In this document: piece by piece, positions 11,135 to 20,436 of the stretch
Layout: every line of letters begins with the position of its first letter
Position numbering within the stretch: position 1 is the stretch's first letter
NCBI RefSeq assembly: GCF_000315625.1
Contig: NW_005434577.1
Coordinates: 222,147 to 286,146 of the forward strand
Direction: 5' to 3'
Source of the DNA: Guillardia theta CCMP2712
Lineage: Eukaryota; Protista; Cryptophyta
Length of the DNA: 64,000 nt
Notes under the pieces: generated by a model
Told to the model about the DNA's origin: nothing
The model's input: the letters and a program-made list of their open reading frames with translations, nothing else
Databases searched by the model: none
Translations under genes and position numbers: made by a program

Positions 11135-11529
11135 TGATGGATTGTATGCAGTAGCGAAGTTAGAGCAGATAGGTAATTGACTTCAGAGATAAGAGTATTT
11201 ATAAGTAGAGCAAGGATAGGAAGACAACAGAGACTGAAAGGATAGGAGAAAGAAAAAGATTAAGAGATAGTGAGAAAGGAAAAGAGAAGAGAGAGAGAAT
11301 GAGGAGAAAGAAAGAGGGAGAAGAGAGGGAAAGAGACAGAGAGAGAGGAAGACAAGACCCCATGCTTATATACAGATAACCAGGGGTATTGTCCGCCCCG
11401 AGGATGCTTCCTCTGGTCATTCCATCGAATAGTCGGAATGGAGAACCGTACCGTTCCAGAACAGTTACAATTTCTCAGTTTTTAGGCTCGGCAAGTCTGG
11501 GCTCTATATAAGATCCATGTGATCCGTCG
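11135..11529 (-). repeat. 3' LTR of the copia element
   Basis: Direct repeat of 16983-17377; preceded on the sense strand by a polypurine tract AGGGGGG (11530-11536). Confidence 0.95.
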
Positions 11530-11558
11530 CCCCCCTGAGACCAGACATGGTAGAGTCC

Positions 11559-14500
11559 CTAGTCAGGTGAGTCTGTAGGTTTTAGTTCTGAGATTGGATC
11601 AAGGGATGGATGTTGGAAAGACTCAAATTGGCCCAATACCTGCTTAGTCAGATTCATGTGTTGATAGCGTCCAAGTGATTTTGTCATGAGGTCAGCCAAC
11701 ATCTTCGAGGTCTGTACATATTGTACGTTAACGGTATTCTCTTCCACAAGTTGTCTTAGGAAAAACCTCTTGATGTCAATGTGTTTAGCCAAACTCTTTT
11801 TTCCTGGATTCGCAATGCAGATTGCAGCCTGATTGTCAATGTACAATGGAGTTGGATTGATACACTCTAGACCCAGGTCCTCTAATATTTGTCGTATGTA
11901 GATGATTTCTACTCCAGCCTTTGCGCCTGCACAATACTCTGATTCGGCTGTACTAAGGGTGACAAGTTTGAGTTTCTTAGCCTTCCAGACTATCGGGGCA
12001 CCATTGTATTGCAGAAGTAAGCCAATGGTTGAGCGACGATCTGAGGAGTCTCCTCCAAAAACGCTATCGCTGTATGCAATTAATCCAGGACATGGTGAGT
12101 GTAGACTTCCGGCCCGTTTGAAAATTATTCCCATATTTTTTGTCTGATTTAGATAATGAAGAACTCTCATAGCTTCCTTCCAATTTGTTACAGTGGGTGC
12201 TCTCAGATGTTGTGAGAGTCTTGAGATTGTGTAGGCCAAGTCAGGTCTTGTAAACACCGAGAGATAATTGAGTTTGCCTATCAGTTGTTGATATCTCGTC
12301 TGGTCTCCTTTGTGAAGGTAATCTCCATCATCACTAAGTTTTTGTTTGGTTGTAGTTCCAGGAGTCCAGGCTTTCATTTTCTCATCTATCTCGAATTCTG
12401 TCAATATTTCGTTGATGAATTTTTCTTGAGAGAGTGTGATGCTTCCTGTTTCAAGATCTCGTTTGATCTCTACCCCTAAGAAGTATTCCACTTCTCCCTT
12501 ATCGGTGATTGGGAACCTGTTATTCAATTCTGTCTTGAATTCATTGATAGGTTCCAAGGTGTCTCCAAACAGTAACACATCATCCACCCAGACAAGTACG
12601 ATTAGAACACCCCCATCTGGTTTTCTGCGAATGTATACAGATTTTTCAAATCCGACGTCACGAAATCCTAATTGTAACAAGTAATTTCGTAAGGTTACAC
12701 TCCACAAGTTAGGGGCTTGTTTGGTACCATATAGTGCTCGCTGCAGTTTCCAGAATACTCTGTCGTCCTCTGGTAGGTCTATTGGGACACTTCCTGTGAG
12801 CCATGCACGTAAGTACTTCAATAAGTCCTTGGGAGGTCTGGTATAAATTTCCTTGTCTATGTTTGCATTTAGGAAGGCAGTTTTTACGTCGACATGGTGA
12901 ATGTGATAGGTGTATTCTACGGCCAATGCAAATAGCAATCGAATAGTGCTCAGGTCTACAAATGGTGCAAATGTCTCTTCATAGTCGATACCCTTCACTT
13001 GACGATATCCCAACGCTACTATACGAGCCTTGAATTTGTCTAGGGTTCCATCTGAATTTGTTTTTACCTTGAAAACTGGTTTGCAAGGGATAGTTTTTGT
13101 TCCGGGAGGAACCTGTGACTCAGTAGTATACACCAATTTTTGTTCAAGGCTAGTCATTTCATCTTGGAGTGCTTTCATCCATTTGTCTCTATGTTCGCTT
13201 TCGTATGCTTCCTTTATGCTTTTGGGTTCCTTGATCCGCTGCCAGTAAGTGAGAGTTGATGAGGTGAAGTAGGCAGTAGATGTGGGGTTCACTGATTCTT
13301 CTGGACTTGTACGCCCCTGCTGTACAGAGAGTATGTCATCTAGATACTGAGGAAAGTTAAATTGAAGGTCCAACACTTTCTGTAAGGAGAACTCAGAATT
13401 GTCAGTTTTCAGTGGAATTATCTTTCCAATGTCATCTGGTACAGGACAGTCCACTACTTTGGTGAGAAGGTAGGTCTGCTTATTCCTTTGTTCCCTTCTG
13501 TGGCTCATGACTGTCCATGTTCCAGGTGTCTCATCCGGATAGAAGTATGATGGTAATTCGAGTTGAACCTTATTTCTGACAAGTGCATTGACCACTGGTT
13601 GTTTTCTGCTCAGAGTTTTCAAACTATGTCGTTGTTTGATCAGTGGTTCTGTATCTTTTGCTTTATGCACATTGCCGGGAACAGATTTCGGAGATTCGTG
13701 ATTCATCAGATCTGTACAGCAATCAGTACTGCCAGATTGTTGCTCACAGCTCATGACTTGGTGGTGTTCTGATAGATCAGAGCTGGAGTAGTCAGGGTAC
13801 TCAAGTTCATTGTCGGTAAGTAGTGTACTTATGTCCTTGAGATCTGTCAACCTTCGTGAGCTCTTTGGCCTGCAAGGGAATAAGCTTTCATCAAACGCCA
13901 CAGACGTGGAGATGAAGAATCGTTTTGACTTTGGTCCATACACGAGATAACCCTTTGTATTAAACAGTGGATCAGCATCTCCGAGATAGATTCCTTCAAC
14001 AGTGCTTCCAACCAGTGAACCTTTGTTATTTTTCCTGTGAACACAAGCATAGCATCCGAACACCGGAAGCTTGTTGAGTGATGGGTAATATCCGTACAGT
14101 AATTGAAACGGAGTCTGATAGTTTAGTAACCGATGAGGAATGAGATTTGCAACACGTGCAGCGTGTACCGCTGCAAACCCCCAGAGGCTCTGGGGTAAAT
14201 TGGATGTGTCCATGAATGCTCGAGTGATCTCTTTGATTCTCTTGACCGAAGATTCTGCAATACCATTCTGACTTGGAGTGTAAGGACAAGAGTATTCAGG
14301 TCTGATTCCAGCATTTTGCAGAATGGTGTTGAGTTTCTGATTCTTAAATTCGCTGCCACAGTCGGTTTGTAGGATCAGTATTTTTACGTTAGTGCCAAAT
14401 TCTGCAAGCAGGTCTCGAAAGAAGCTTTGAAGGAGTTCAGGTACATCATCCTTTTTGGGAACTAGTAGAACCCATCGGAAGCGTGTCGCCTGGTCAGTGA

Positions 14501-15602
14501 TTACGAGAAAATGCCTTGCTCCTTTGTGAGTCCGAATGTTCAGTGGACCTGCTAGATCAGCGTGTAACTTCTCTAGTGGTTGAAAGTTTCTCTGTGTCGC
14601 ACACAATTTGGTTATTTCACCGTTGTGCTTACTTGCCAGGATCTGTTTGCTCTTCATTCTAAGGCAGCACAGGCATTTTTCATCCAGGCAGAGATACTTC
14701 CGCGGTACCTCCGGAACTTCAGCCGTGCTGTAGTGTAGTTTGTTGAGGGCAACCATGTTCGCATGTCCCAGTTTAAGATGTAACTTCTGGAGAAACTGTG
14801 CCTTTTGAGACAGAGATTGTTCAGTACTGTGATGGTTACTAGCTGTGTCAGTGTTGCCAATCGGTACGGCAGGGGAAGCAGTAGGCAATCCCTCAGGAGC
14901 TGAGCTGGTCGCAGATCTTTCAGTTTCCTTGTATTCTCTGTTGAGCGTAGGCGTGCTGCTGCAGAACTGTGCAAATGGAGGATACAATTGATCTGTCACA
15001 TTCTTATTCTTATTTGAGTCCACATAGGCTGCCTCTGCGATGTCTGGCACTTCTGAGGTATGTGGATTCAACAGCCACAGCAAGAATTTGTTCAGTAAGG
15101 ATGTACGAATTAAGTACCTTGTCTGGTGACTAGAGTTGAAGATCCAGGTATTGCCAGAACGGAGAAGAGGAATTACCAGGATAGAGCCATCTGATCCGGT
15201 ACTTTCTATAGGACAGCACACGACCGAATGGTTTTTACAGAGAATAACAAAGTAACCACTTTCCACTAGTCGGGCGGCTGAAAGTAGATTCACCATGAAG
15301 TCTGGCGAGAAAAATCCTGATAGATCTGACTCAGGCAGAAAAGGAAGCCTTGCTGTGACAGAGAATATGTCAGCTCTCTGTCTACGAGTTGGGAGCACAG
15401 TCTGGTTTTGTGTACTGCCAAGAATGGTATTCACTTGCAACTCCAGAGGTTCAGAATTAAGTTCAGTGATGAAATTAAGAATGTCAGAGTTGAAGAAATG
15501 ATCGGAGGCTCCCGTATCCAACACAATTTGAATTCCTGGTTGCTCAGGGGTTTCATCTGAAGAACTGGGTGGACTGACATAGTGTTCTGCCAGGTTCATC
15601 AC
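11559..15602 (-). CDS. pol: Copia Pol polyprotein (protease, integrase, reverse transcriptase, RNase H)
   Basis: PR IVLDTGASDH; HHCC LHLKLGH..CLCC; IN HADLAGP / LQTDCGSEF / QNGIAE; TKGY; RT HHVDVKTAFLN, LYGTKQAP, WVDD; RH YSDS..DRRST..AESEY..YIDNQAA..KHIDIK. Confidence 0.97.
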   Translation of the reverse strand: MMNLAEHYVSPPSSSDETPEQPGIQIVLDTGASDHFFNSDILNFITELNSEPLELQVNTILGSTQNQTVLPTRRQRADIFSVTARLPFLPESDLSGFFSPDFMVNLLSAARLVESGYFVILCKNHSVVCCPIESTGSDGSILVIPLLRSGNTWIFNSSHQTRYLIRTSLLNKFLLWLLNPHTSEVPDIAEAAYVDSNKNKNVTDQLYPPFAQFCSSTPTLNREYKETERSATSSAPEGLPTASPAVPIGNTDTASNHHSTEQSLSQKAQFLQKLHLKLGHANMVALNKLHYSTAEVPEVPRKYLCLDEKCLCCLRMKSKQILASKHNGEITKLCATQRNFQPLEKLHADLAGPLNIRTHKGARHFLVITDQATRFRWVLLVPKKDDVPELLQSFFRDLLAEFGTNVKILILQTDCGSEFKNQKLNTILQNAGIRPEYSCPYTPSQNGIAESSVKRIKEITRAFMDTSNLPQSLWGFAAVHAARVANLIPHRLLNYQTPFQLLYGYYPSLNKLPVFGCYACVHRKNNKGSLVGSTVEGIYLGDADPLFNTKGYLVYGPKSKRFFISTSVAFDESLFPCRPKSSRRLTDLKDISTLLTDNELEYPDYSSSDLSEHHQVMSCEQQSGSTDCCTDLMNHESPKSVPGNVHKAKDTEPLIKQRHSLKTLSRKQPVVNALVRNKVQLELPSYFYPDETPGTWTVMSHRREQRNKQTYLLTKVVDCPVPDDIGKIIPLKTDNSEFSLQKVLDLQFNFPQYLDDILSVQQGRTSPEESVNPTSTAYFTSSTLTYWQRIKEPKSIKEAYESEHRDKWMKALQDEMTSLEQKLVYTTESQVPPGTKTIPCKPVFKVKTNSDGTLDKFKARIVALGYRQVKGIDYEETFAPFVDLSTIRLLFALAVEYTYHIHHVDVKTAFLNANIDKEIYTRPPKDLLKYLRAWLTGSVPIDLPEDDRVFWKLQRALYGTKQAPNLWSVTLRNYLLQLGFRDVGFEKSVYIRRKPDGGVLIVLVWVDDVLLFGDTLEPINEFKTELNNRFPITDKGEVEYFLGVEIKRDLETGSITLSQEKFINEILTEFEIDEKMKAWTPGTTTKQKLSDDGDYLHKGDQTRYQQLIGKLNYLSVFTRPDLAYTISRLSQHLRAPTVTNWKEAMRVLHYLNQTKNMGIIFKRAGSLHSPCPGLIAYSDSVFGGDSSDRRSTIGLLLQYNGAPIVWKAKKLKLVTLSTAESEYCAGAKAGVEIIYIRQILEDLGLECINPTPLYIDNQAAICIANPGKKSLAKHIDIKRFFLRQLVEENTVNVQYVQTSKMLADLMTKSLGRYQHMNLTKQVLGQFESFQHPSLDPISELKPTDSPD

Positions 15603-16722
15603 AGTCTCCGCTGGAAGTTGCCCAGTCCCAGTGGTTGGAGCGAGTCAGGGGGCTGACAGTAGTTTTCAGGGCAATCGAGTTCCTCTGAGTAATTCGCCAT
15701 GATTTCAATCCGAGTCGTGAAGACGCTAGGGTCGTTGTATTATTAGCACGATGGTACGATAAATTTTGTAGGGGAAAATACTGCGAACGTAGTTTCCTGT
15801 AGTTCGGTGGCAGAGGAAGTATTCCGATCCTCGACTTCCATGACCCTTGAGGCGAGTGGTGACTTAGTCTTCGAGTATCTGCAGACAGTTTTGTGAGCCG
15901 TGAGTAACAAGCGAGAGATTGGGGAATGCAGCTGGGTGTTCTTACGGTTGGTGTCTCGACCCGAAGCATGTTGTCACTCTTGAGTCCCTGACCGTATGTC
16001 CGTTTGGTACGATTATTCAGCCGAGCGAACGATTCCTCATCAAGTCCAGCCACCTTGTATTCAGAACAGATGTCTGCAATCAAATCCATTGCATCAGTGA
16101 GTGTCTCGGCATTCACAATCTCATCAGTTCTGCCAGCCACTGCTGAACTACATCTCGAGTCCAGTCCTTGAATGAGTAGAGTAATCAAGTTATCCTGGGT
16201 TGGTAGTCCATCTTCTAGATTAAAGTCACATGCCCATACTGCGAGTTCTCGCCAGCGATTCTCAAACTCAAGTAGGTATAGCTCAAGAGAGCTGCTCTGT
16301 TTCAGCGTAATAAGGTTCTTCTGTAGTGTTGAGAACCGGTCCCATGGTCGTGGGCATTTAGTGCAACGAAAAACTCTAGAGATAACACCTTCCCAGTACT
16401 GTGAGGGTGAAGCTCCAGGTCCTACGTCAAATTGCACATTGCGAATGATACTTACCAGTCGTTCATCAGTGCGAGGATCGTCCGCTAGGATGGGAAGCCA
16501 GTCGGACATTGGGATGGAATGACGTCGGAAGATTCTCTCTACCCCTTGTTTCCAAGTGTCCAGTGCGTCATAGTCAGTGCTACGTGGAAGCGGTGGAAAC
16601 TCTATGCCGGATGGCGAGGAAATAATCGTAACTTGTGCTTGCCCCAGAAGTAGTTGGGGTATCATGTGCAAACAGAATGTTAGGAGCAACATTGGGGGAT
16701 TTGGTGACATATCGATGCACAT
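15553..16722 (-). CDS. gag: Gag-like ORF of the copia element
   Basis: ORF immediately upstream of pol inside the LTRs; LKQSSSLELYLLEFE..LIQGL capsid-like motif; different reading frame from pol. Confidence 0.7.
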   Translation of the reverse strand: MCIDMSPNPPMLLLTFCLHMIPQLLLGQAQVTIISSPSGIEFPPLPRSTDYDALDTWKQGVERIFRRHSIPMSDWLPILADDPRTDERLVSIIRNVQFDVGPGASPSQYWEGVISRVFRCTKCPRPWDRFSTLQKNLITLKQSSSLELYLLEFENRWRELAVWACDFNLEDGLPTQDNLITLLIQGLDSRCSSAVAGRTDEIVNAETLTDAMDLIADICSEYKVAGLDEESFARLNNRTKRTYGQGLKSDNMLRVETPTVRTPSCIPQSLACYSRLTKLSADTRRLSHHSPQGSWKSRIGILPLPPNYRKLRSQYFPLQNLSYHRANNTTTLASSRLGLKSWRITQRNSIALKTTVSPLTRSNHWDWATSSGDCDEPGRTLCQSTQFFR

Positions 16723-16969
16723 GCGGTGTGCTGGCGTATTGAAGATTAGCCTGTGCGTCGGTTGTCAGGTCTGCCAGTTTGTTTCTGTTGAACAGGTTCA
16801 GTAGTGATGGAAAGCATACATTGTTGTAGATTCGGCCTTTCCAGTCAGACAATGTTGTGTAGATTGAACAGATGAGTCGAAAAGTGCAGTAAGCGAACCA
16901 AAGCACAAGAATTCCAAGACTGAGTGTGGCTGTATTGGAGGAAGAAGTCAGCCCTGGCGTAGTAGAGAA

Positions 16970-16983
16970 CGAGGCTCATAACC
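16970..16983 (-). other. Primer-binding site complementary to the anticodon stem-loop of initiator tRNA-Met (half-tRNA priming)
   Basis: Sense strand GGTTATGAGCCTCG abuts the 5' LTR; its complement CGAGGCTCATAACC contains the CAT anticodon loop. Confidence 0.8.
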
Positions 16984-17377
16984 GATGGATTGTATGCAGT
17001 AGCGAAGTTAGAGCAGATAGGTAATTGACTTCAGAGATAAGAGTATTTATAAGTAGAGCAAGGATAGGAAGACAACAGAGACTGAAAGGATAGGAGAAAG
17101 AAAAAGATTAAGAGATAGTGAGAAAGGAAAAGAGAAGAGAGAGAGAATGAGGAGAAAGAAAGAGGGAGAAGAGAGGGAAAGAGACAGAGAGAGAGGAAGA
17201 CAAGACCCCATGCTTATATACAGATAACCAGGGGTATTGTCCGCCCCGAGGATGCTTCCTCTGGTCATTCCATCGAATAGTCGGAATGGAGAACCGTACC
17301 GTTCCAGAACAGTTACAATTTCTCAGTTTTTAGGCTCGGCAAGTCTGGGCTCTATATAAGATCCATGTGATCCGTCA
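16983..17377 (-). repeat. 5' LTR of the copia element
   Basis: Direct repeat of 11135-11529. Confidence 0.95.
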
Positions 17378-17699
17378 ATGTTTGCAGTGGCAAGTTGTTG
17401 TGCAAGACGATCATCGGATGAGCAACAGCGAAATTTCATCTAATGCAAAATCTTCAAGTATGTTACAAAGAGATAATGACAGCAAAGAATTCTAATGTGA
17501 TTGTGATTCACAATGATGCGGTATGAAATCTATTGCAGTCTGATGCCTTCAATGCCATGGTGGTCGAGACCGTGAAACTATCGCAGTCCGATCACTGTCA
17601 AGTCTTTCCCCACCTCTTTTAACAATACTATAACATGATGACAACAACAAGGTTTAAGGCGCGAATGGTGTCAGTGCATCATGACGCTGATCATATCTC

Positions 17700-18447
17700 G
17701 ACCATCGCAGCATCTCCCGGAAGGAGAGGAGGTTCCAACAAACTTTCATCCTGTGTGCCGGCACGGCTGTTGCTTCTCGATACCTGAGATGGAACAGTCA
17801 AAGGTGAATGATGAAACAGAGAGAACAAGAGAAAGAACAATGAGAAGACAGAAAGTCAGCGAACGATGGCAGGATAGAAGAGACACGGACATGAAACATC
17901 AAGCAAGAAATGTTGAACTCACCCTAATCCGCTGCCCGTACAGATAGATGTCGTTCATCACCTACATCACGAGTTACGACTATCACAACACTCTTCCACA
18001 AGTTGTTAGAGTAAACCTTCATCGCGTACACCACCGAATGCCTTGCAGAATTCACTTTCCCTAGACAATCCGTCACAACAAACATCGAGAAGCGATCAAC
18101 GCTAAAACCGTCTGCAAACTGTACGAACGCGTATCCTTTGTGAGATACTCTGTCACTGCCTGGATCATCGTGCAAGGGAAGTGTGATCCTCTCAACAGGT
18201 CCAACCTGACCACCATCTTTGTTCAAAGAAAGTATGAAGCAGCAAATCGTCGACCACCTGTGTGAATAGCTCATACAAGATCACTTCATCGACGTCTTGA
18301 GAAAGGTTTCCGACGAAAACAGTCCGATCAGAGTCTTTAGGCGCTCCATCCATCACAATCTCGCTGAAACAGGCATCTCAAGGGGTAGTCAAACTTTCAC
18401 AACTCGCACCTCGATCTCATTCTCCTCATCGGCGCGTTCATCGTCAT
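17700..18447 (-). CDS. Single-RRM RNA-binding protein, RBM7/RBM11- or SF3B4-like; multi-exon, 3' end approximate
   Basis: Exons DSDRTVFVGNLSQDVDEVILYELFTQ | VGPVERITLP..HKGYAFVQF | VVYAMK | VMNDIYLYGQRIR. Confidence 0.75.
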
Positions 18448-19179
18448 ACGCTGATCCCCTCCCCCGCCCCCCGTGCTCCTTTGCTGTTGACTCCCTTCCT
18501 GAAAGGAATATCATTAGAGTCTTTGACGATCATACTGGATAATGGAGCAACTTGCTTCAAATTAGTTTCACTTTCCGTCCCGTCCCCTCTGTCATGGCGA
18601 TATTTCTCTCCAGCGCCGCCCTTGTGAACCTCCCGTGCTCCAAGATTATTTCTTTGCCTCACTGACGTACCTCGAACCCCACCCACCCACCCACCCAGTC
18701 ACCTTCCTTTCTGCCTCAAACATCTTCCACCCACATCAATTTGGCTTCTACTATCTAAAAATATACCTCTTACATCACATTTTCTATCTGCATCATCATC
18801 TTTCTCCCTCTTGCCACTCTGTTCCTTGTCTCAATCTGTTCATTGAACCATCAACTAAATTTTCATCTGTCATCCAGAATTGATCTCCTTCATCCTCCTC
18901 CTCCTCTCCTCCTCCTCTCCTCCTCCTCTCCTCCTCTCCTCCTCTCCTCCTCCTCTCCTCCTCCTCTCCTCCTCCTCTCCTCCTCCTCTCCTCCTCCTCT
19001 CCTCACATCGTCCACTTGAATCTCCTGGTGATCCGCCATTGGTTCCAGCGAAGTCAGTTACGTACACGTTACCCTCGTTTCATAAGTCGTTTATAAATTA
19101 AAATTTAAATATTAAACTGTAACGTTTGTAACGACTGACCTATTCTCAATTCGGACCTGGTGATGGCAAAAGGACATAG

Positions 19180-19730
19180 TGAGGGGGTGGTGTCATACAA
19201 AACGATACAATAAGGGGGTGGGGTCATATACCCCTAGGTACTTTCTGAAGGCAATGTACCGGTACAATGATAGGTTCATTCTTTTGACAGGGGAGGTGGT
19301 ACTTTTTTTTTTTCAAGGACGAGGTCATTTTGAGGGGTCCTGATCATTCGTGGGGGTAGGTCTAGTAAAAATGTGGGTTAATCTCAGGTATCTGAGAGGG
19401 TAGGGGGGTCATTACAAGCGGTTCTGAACTGGGTAGGGTTGCCTCGTACAGGAACGGTCCCGTAGGTAGGGTAGTGGTACAAAAACTGTACTATCCACGC
19501 CATAGGGGTGGTGTAACAATTTACCAGGATATGGGGGTAGTGAGGTTGGGGGTGGTGACAGACTGGGAACGAATGACGAATCCTGTTCGGTCTGGGTCAG
19601 TGTAGATGCACCCCACCCCCTTCGAAATTTGTATGTACGGGTAGCAGATATCGACTACCCCTGTCTCAAATTGAGCTTTGTAGATAAAAGTACGGGTACA
19701 AAATCAATAAAGTGGGGTGGGGTATCACCG
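19180..19730 (+). promoter_or_regulatory. GGGGT(A/G)G-motif-dense intergenic patch (putative regulatory)
   Basis: Many strand-biased GGGGTGG/GGGTAGG motifs with unique spacers between divergent genes; function is inferred. Confidence 0.4.
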
Positions 19731-20436
19731 GTTGCTCACGGCATGTTACCACGATGGTCTGAGGATAATTCTTATTGACCCTTAAATTATCGGTGTTTGG
19801 TCAACAAATCCTGATTGTGGAAAAACTTTTGACAACTTATTTGATTTATTTTCAACTTATGATACAATTATTTGAAATTTGGAATTTCGAGCAACCCCCT
19901 ACGAGAATGTCTAGTTCAGAAAATGGATTGTCAGGCCGACGATGTCGGGGAGAGTTGGATGTGCGAGGTTTAGAAGGAGGAGAAGAAGTCGAAGGGAAGA
20001 AGAGAATGGAAGGAGACAGAGGAGTGGTAGGAAGATGCGAGAACAAGATGAGGATCTGAATGAATCATTACATGGCGAGACAGGTAGGTAAACGACCATC
20101 TACTCAAAGCAAACTTTGGCAAGAAACATGTCCTGATTCAAAACATGAGGAAATAGGATCCAAATGAAAGACTAAACACAAAGAGAATCCTGATACCGAT
20201 TTGAATTCAGAGATGAAAACTGCTGAAGGAGGTTGATAAAGCGAGATTTCCTCCGAGATTGAGGTTGGGAAACAGTGTAGAGCAAGCCAGAGAAGAAAGC
20301 TCGTGAGATGCTACTGAGCAGCGTGGGGAAGGTATTCAACAGCAGATACTTGTAATAGCAGAGATATGTACTGAAATATTCTATCATCCAGATGCTTCCT
20401 TGATCTATCAGCGAAAGAATCGTTAATCGTCACTGG

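Larger units (their letters stand above)
11135..17377 (-). mobile_element. Full-length Ty1/copia LTR retrotransposon, recent insertion
   Basis: 395-bp LTRs identical except at the terminal bases, outer TG...CA ends, 5-bp TSD ATGTT (11130-11134 and 17378-17382), PR-IN-RT-RH domain order. Confidence 0.97.

Noticed and set aside
11199-11420. Hydrophobic 73-aa ORF duplicated at 17047-17268
   Set aside because: CT-rich LTR sequence, duplicated because the LTRs are duplicated
19180-19730. GGGT patches as CRISPR-like or telomeric arrays
   Set aside because: Motif is too short and degenerate, spacing is irregular, and there is no fixed tandem unit
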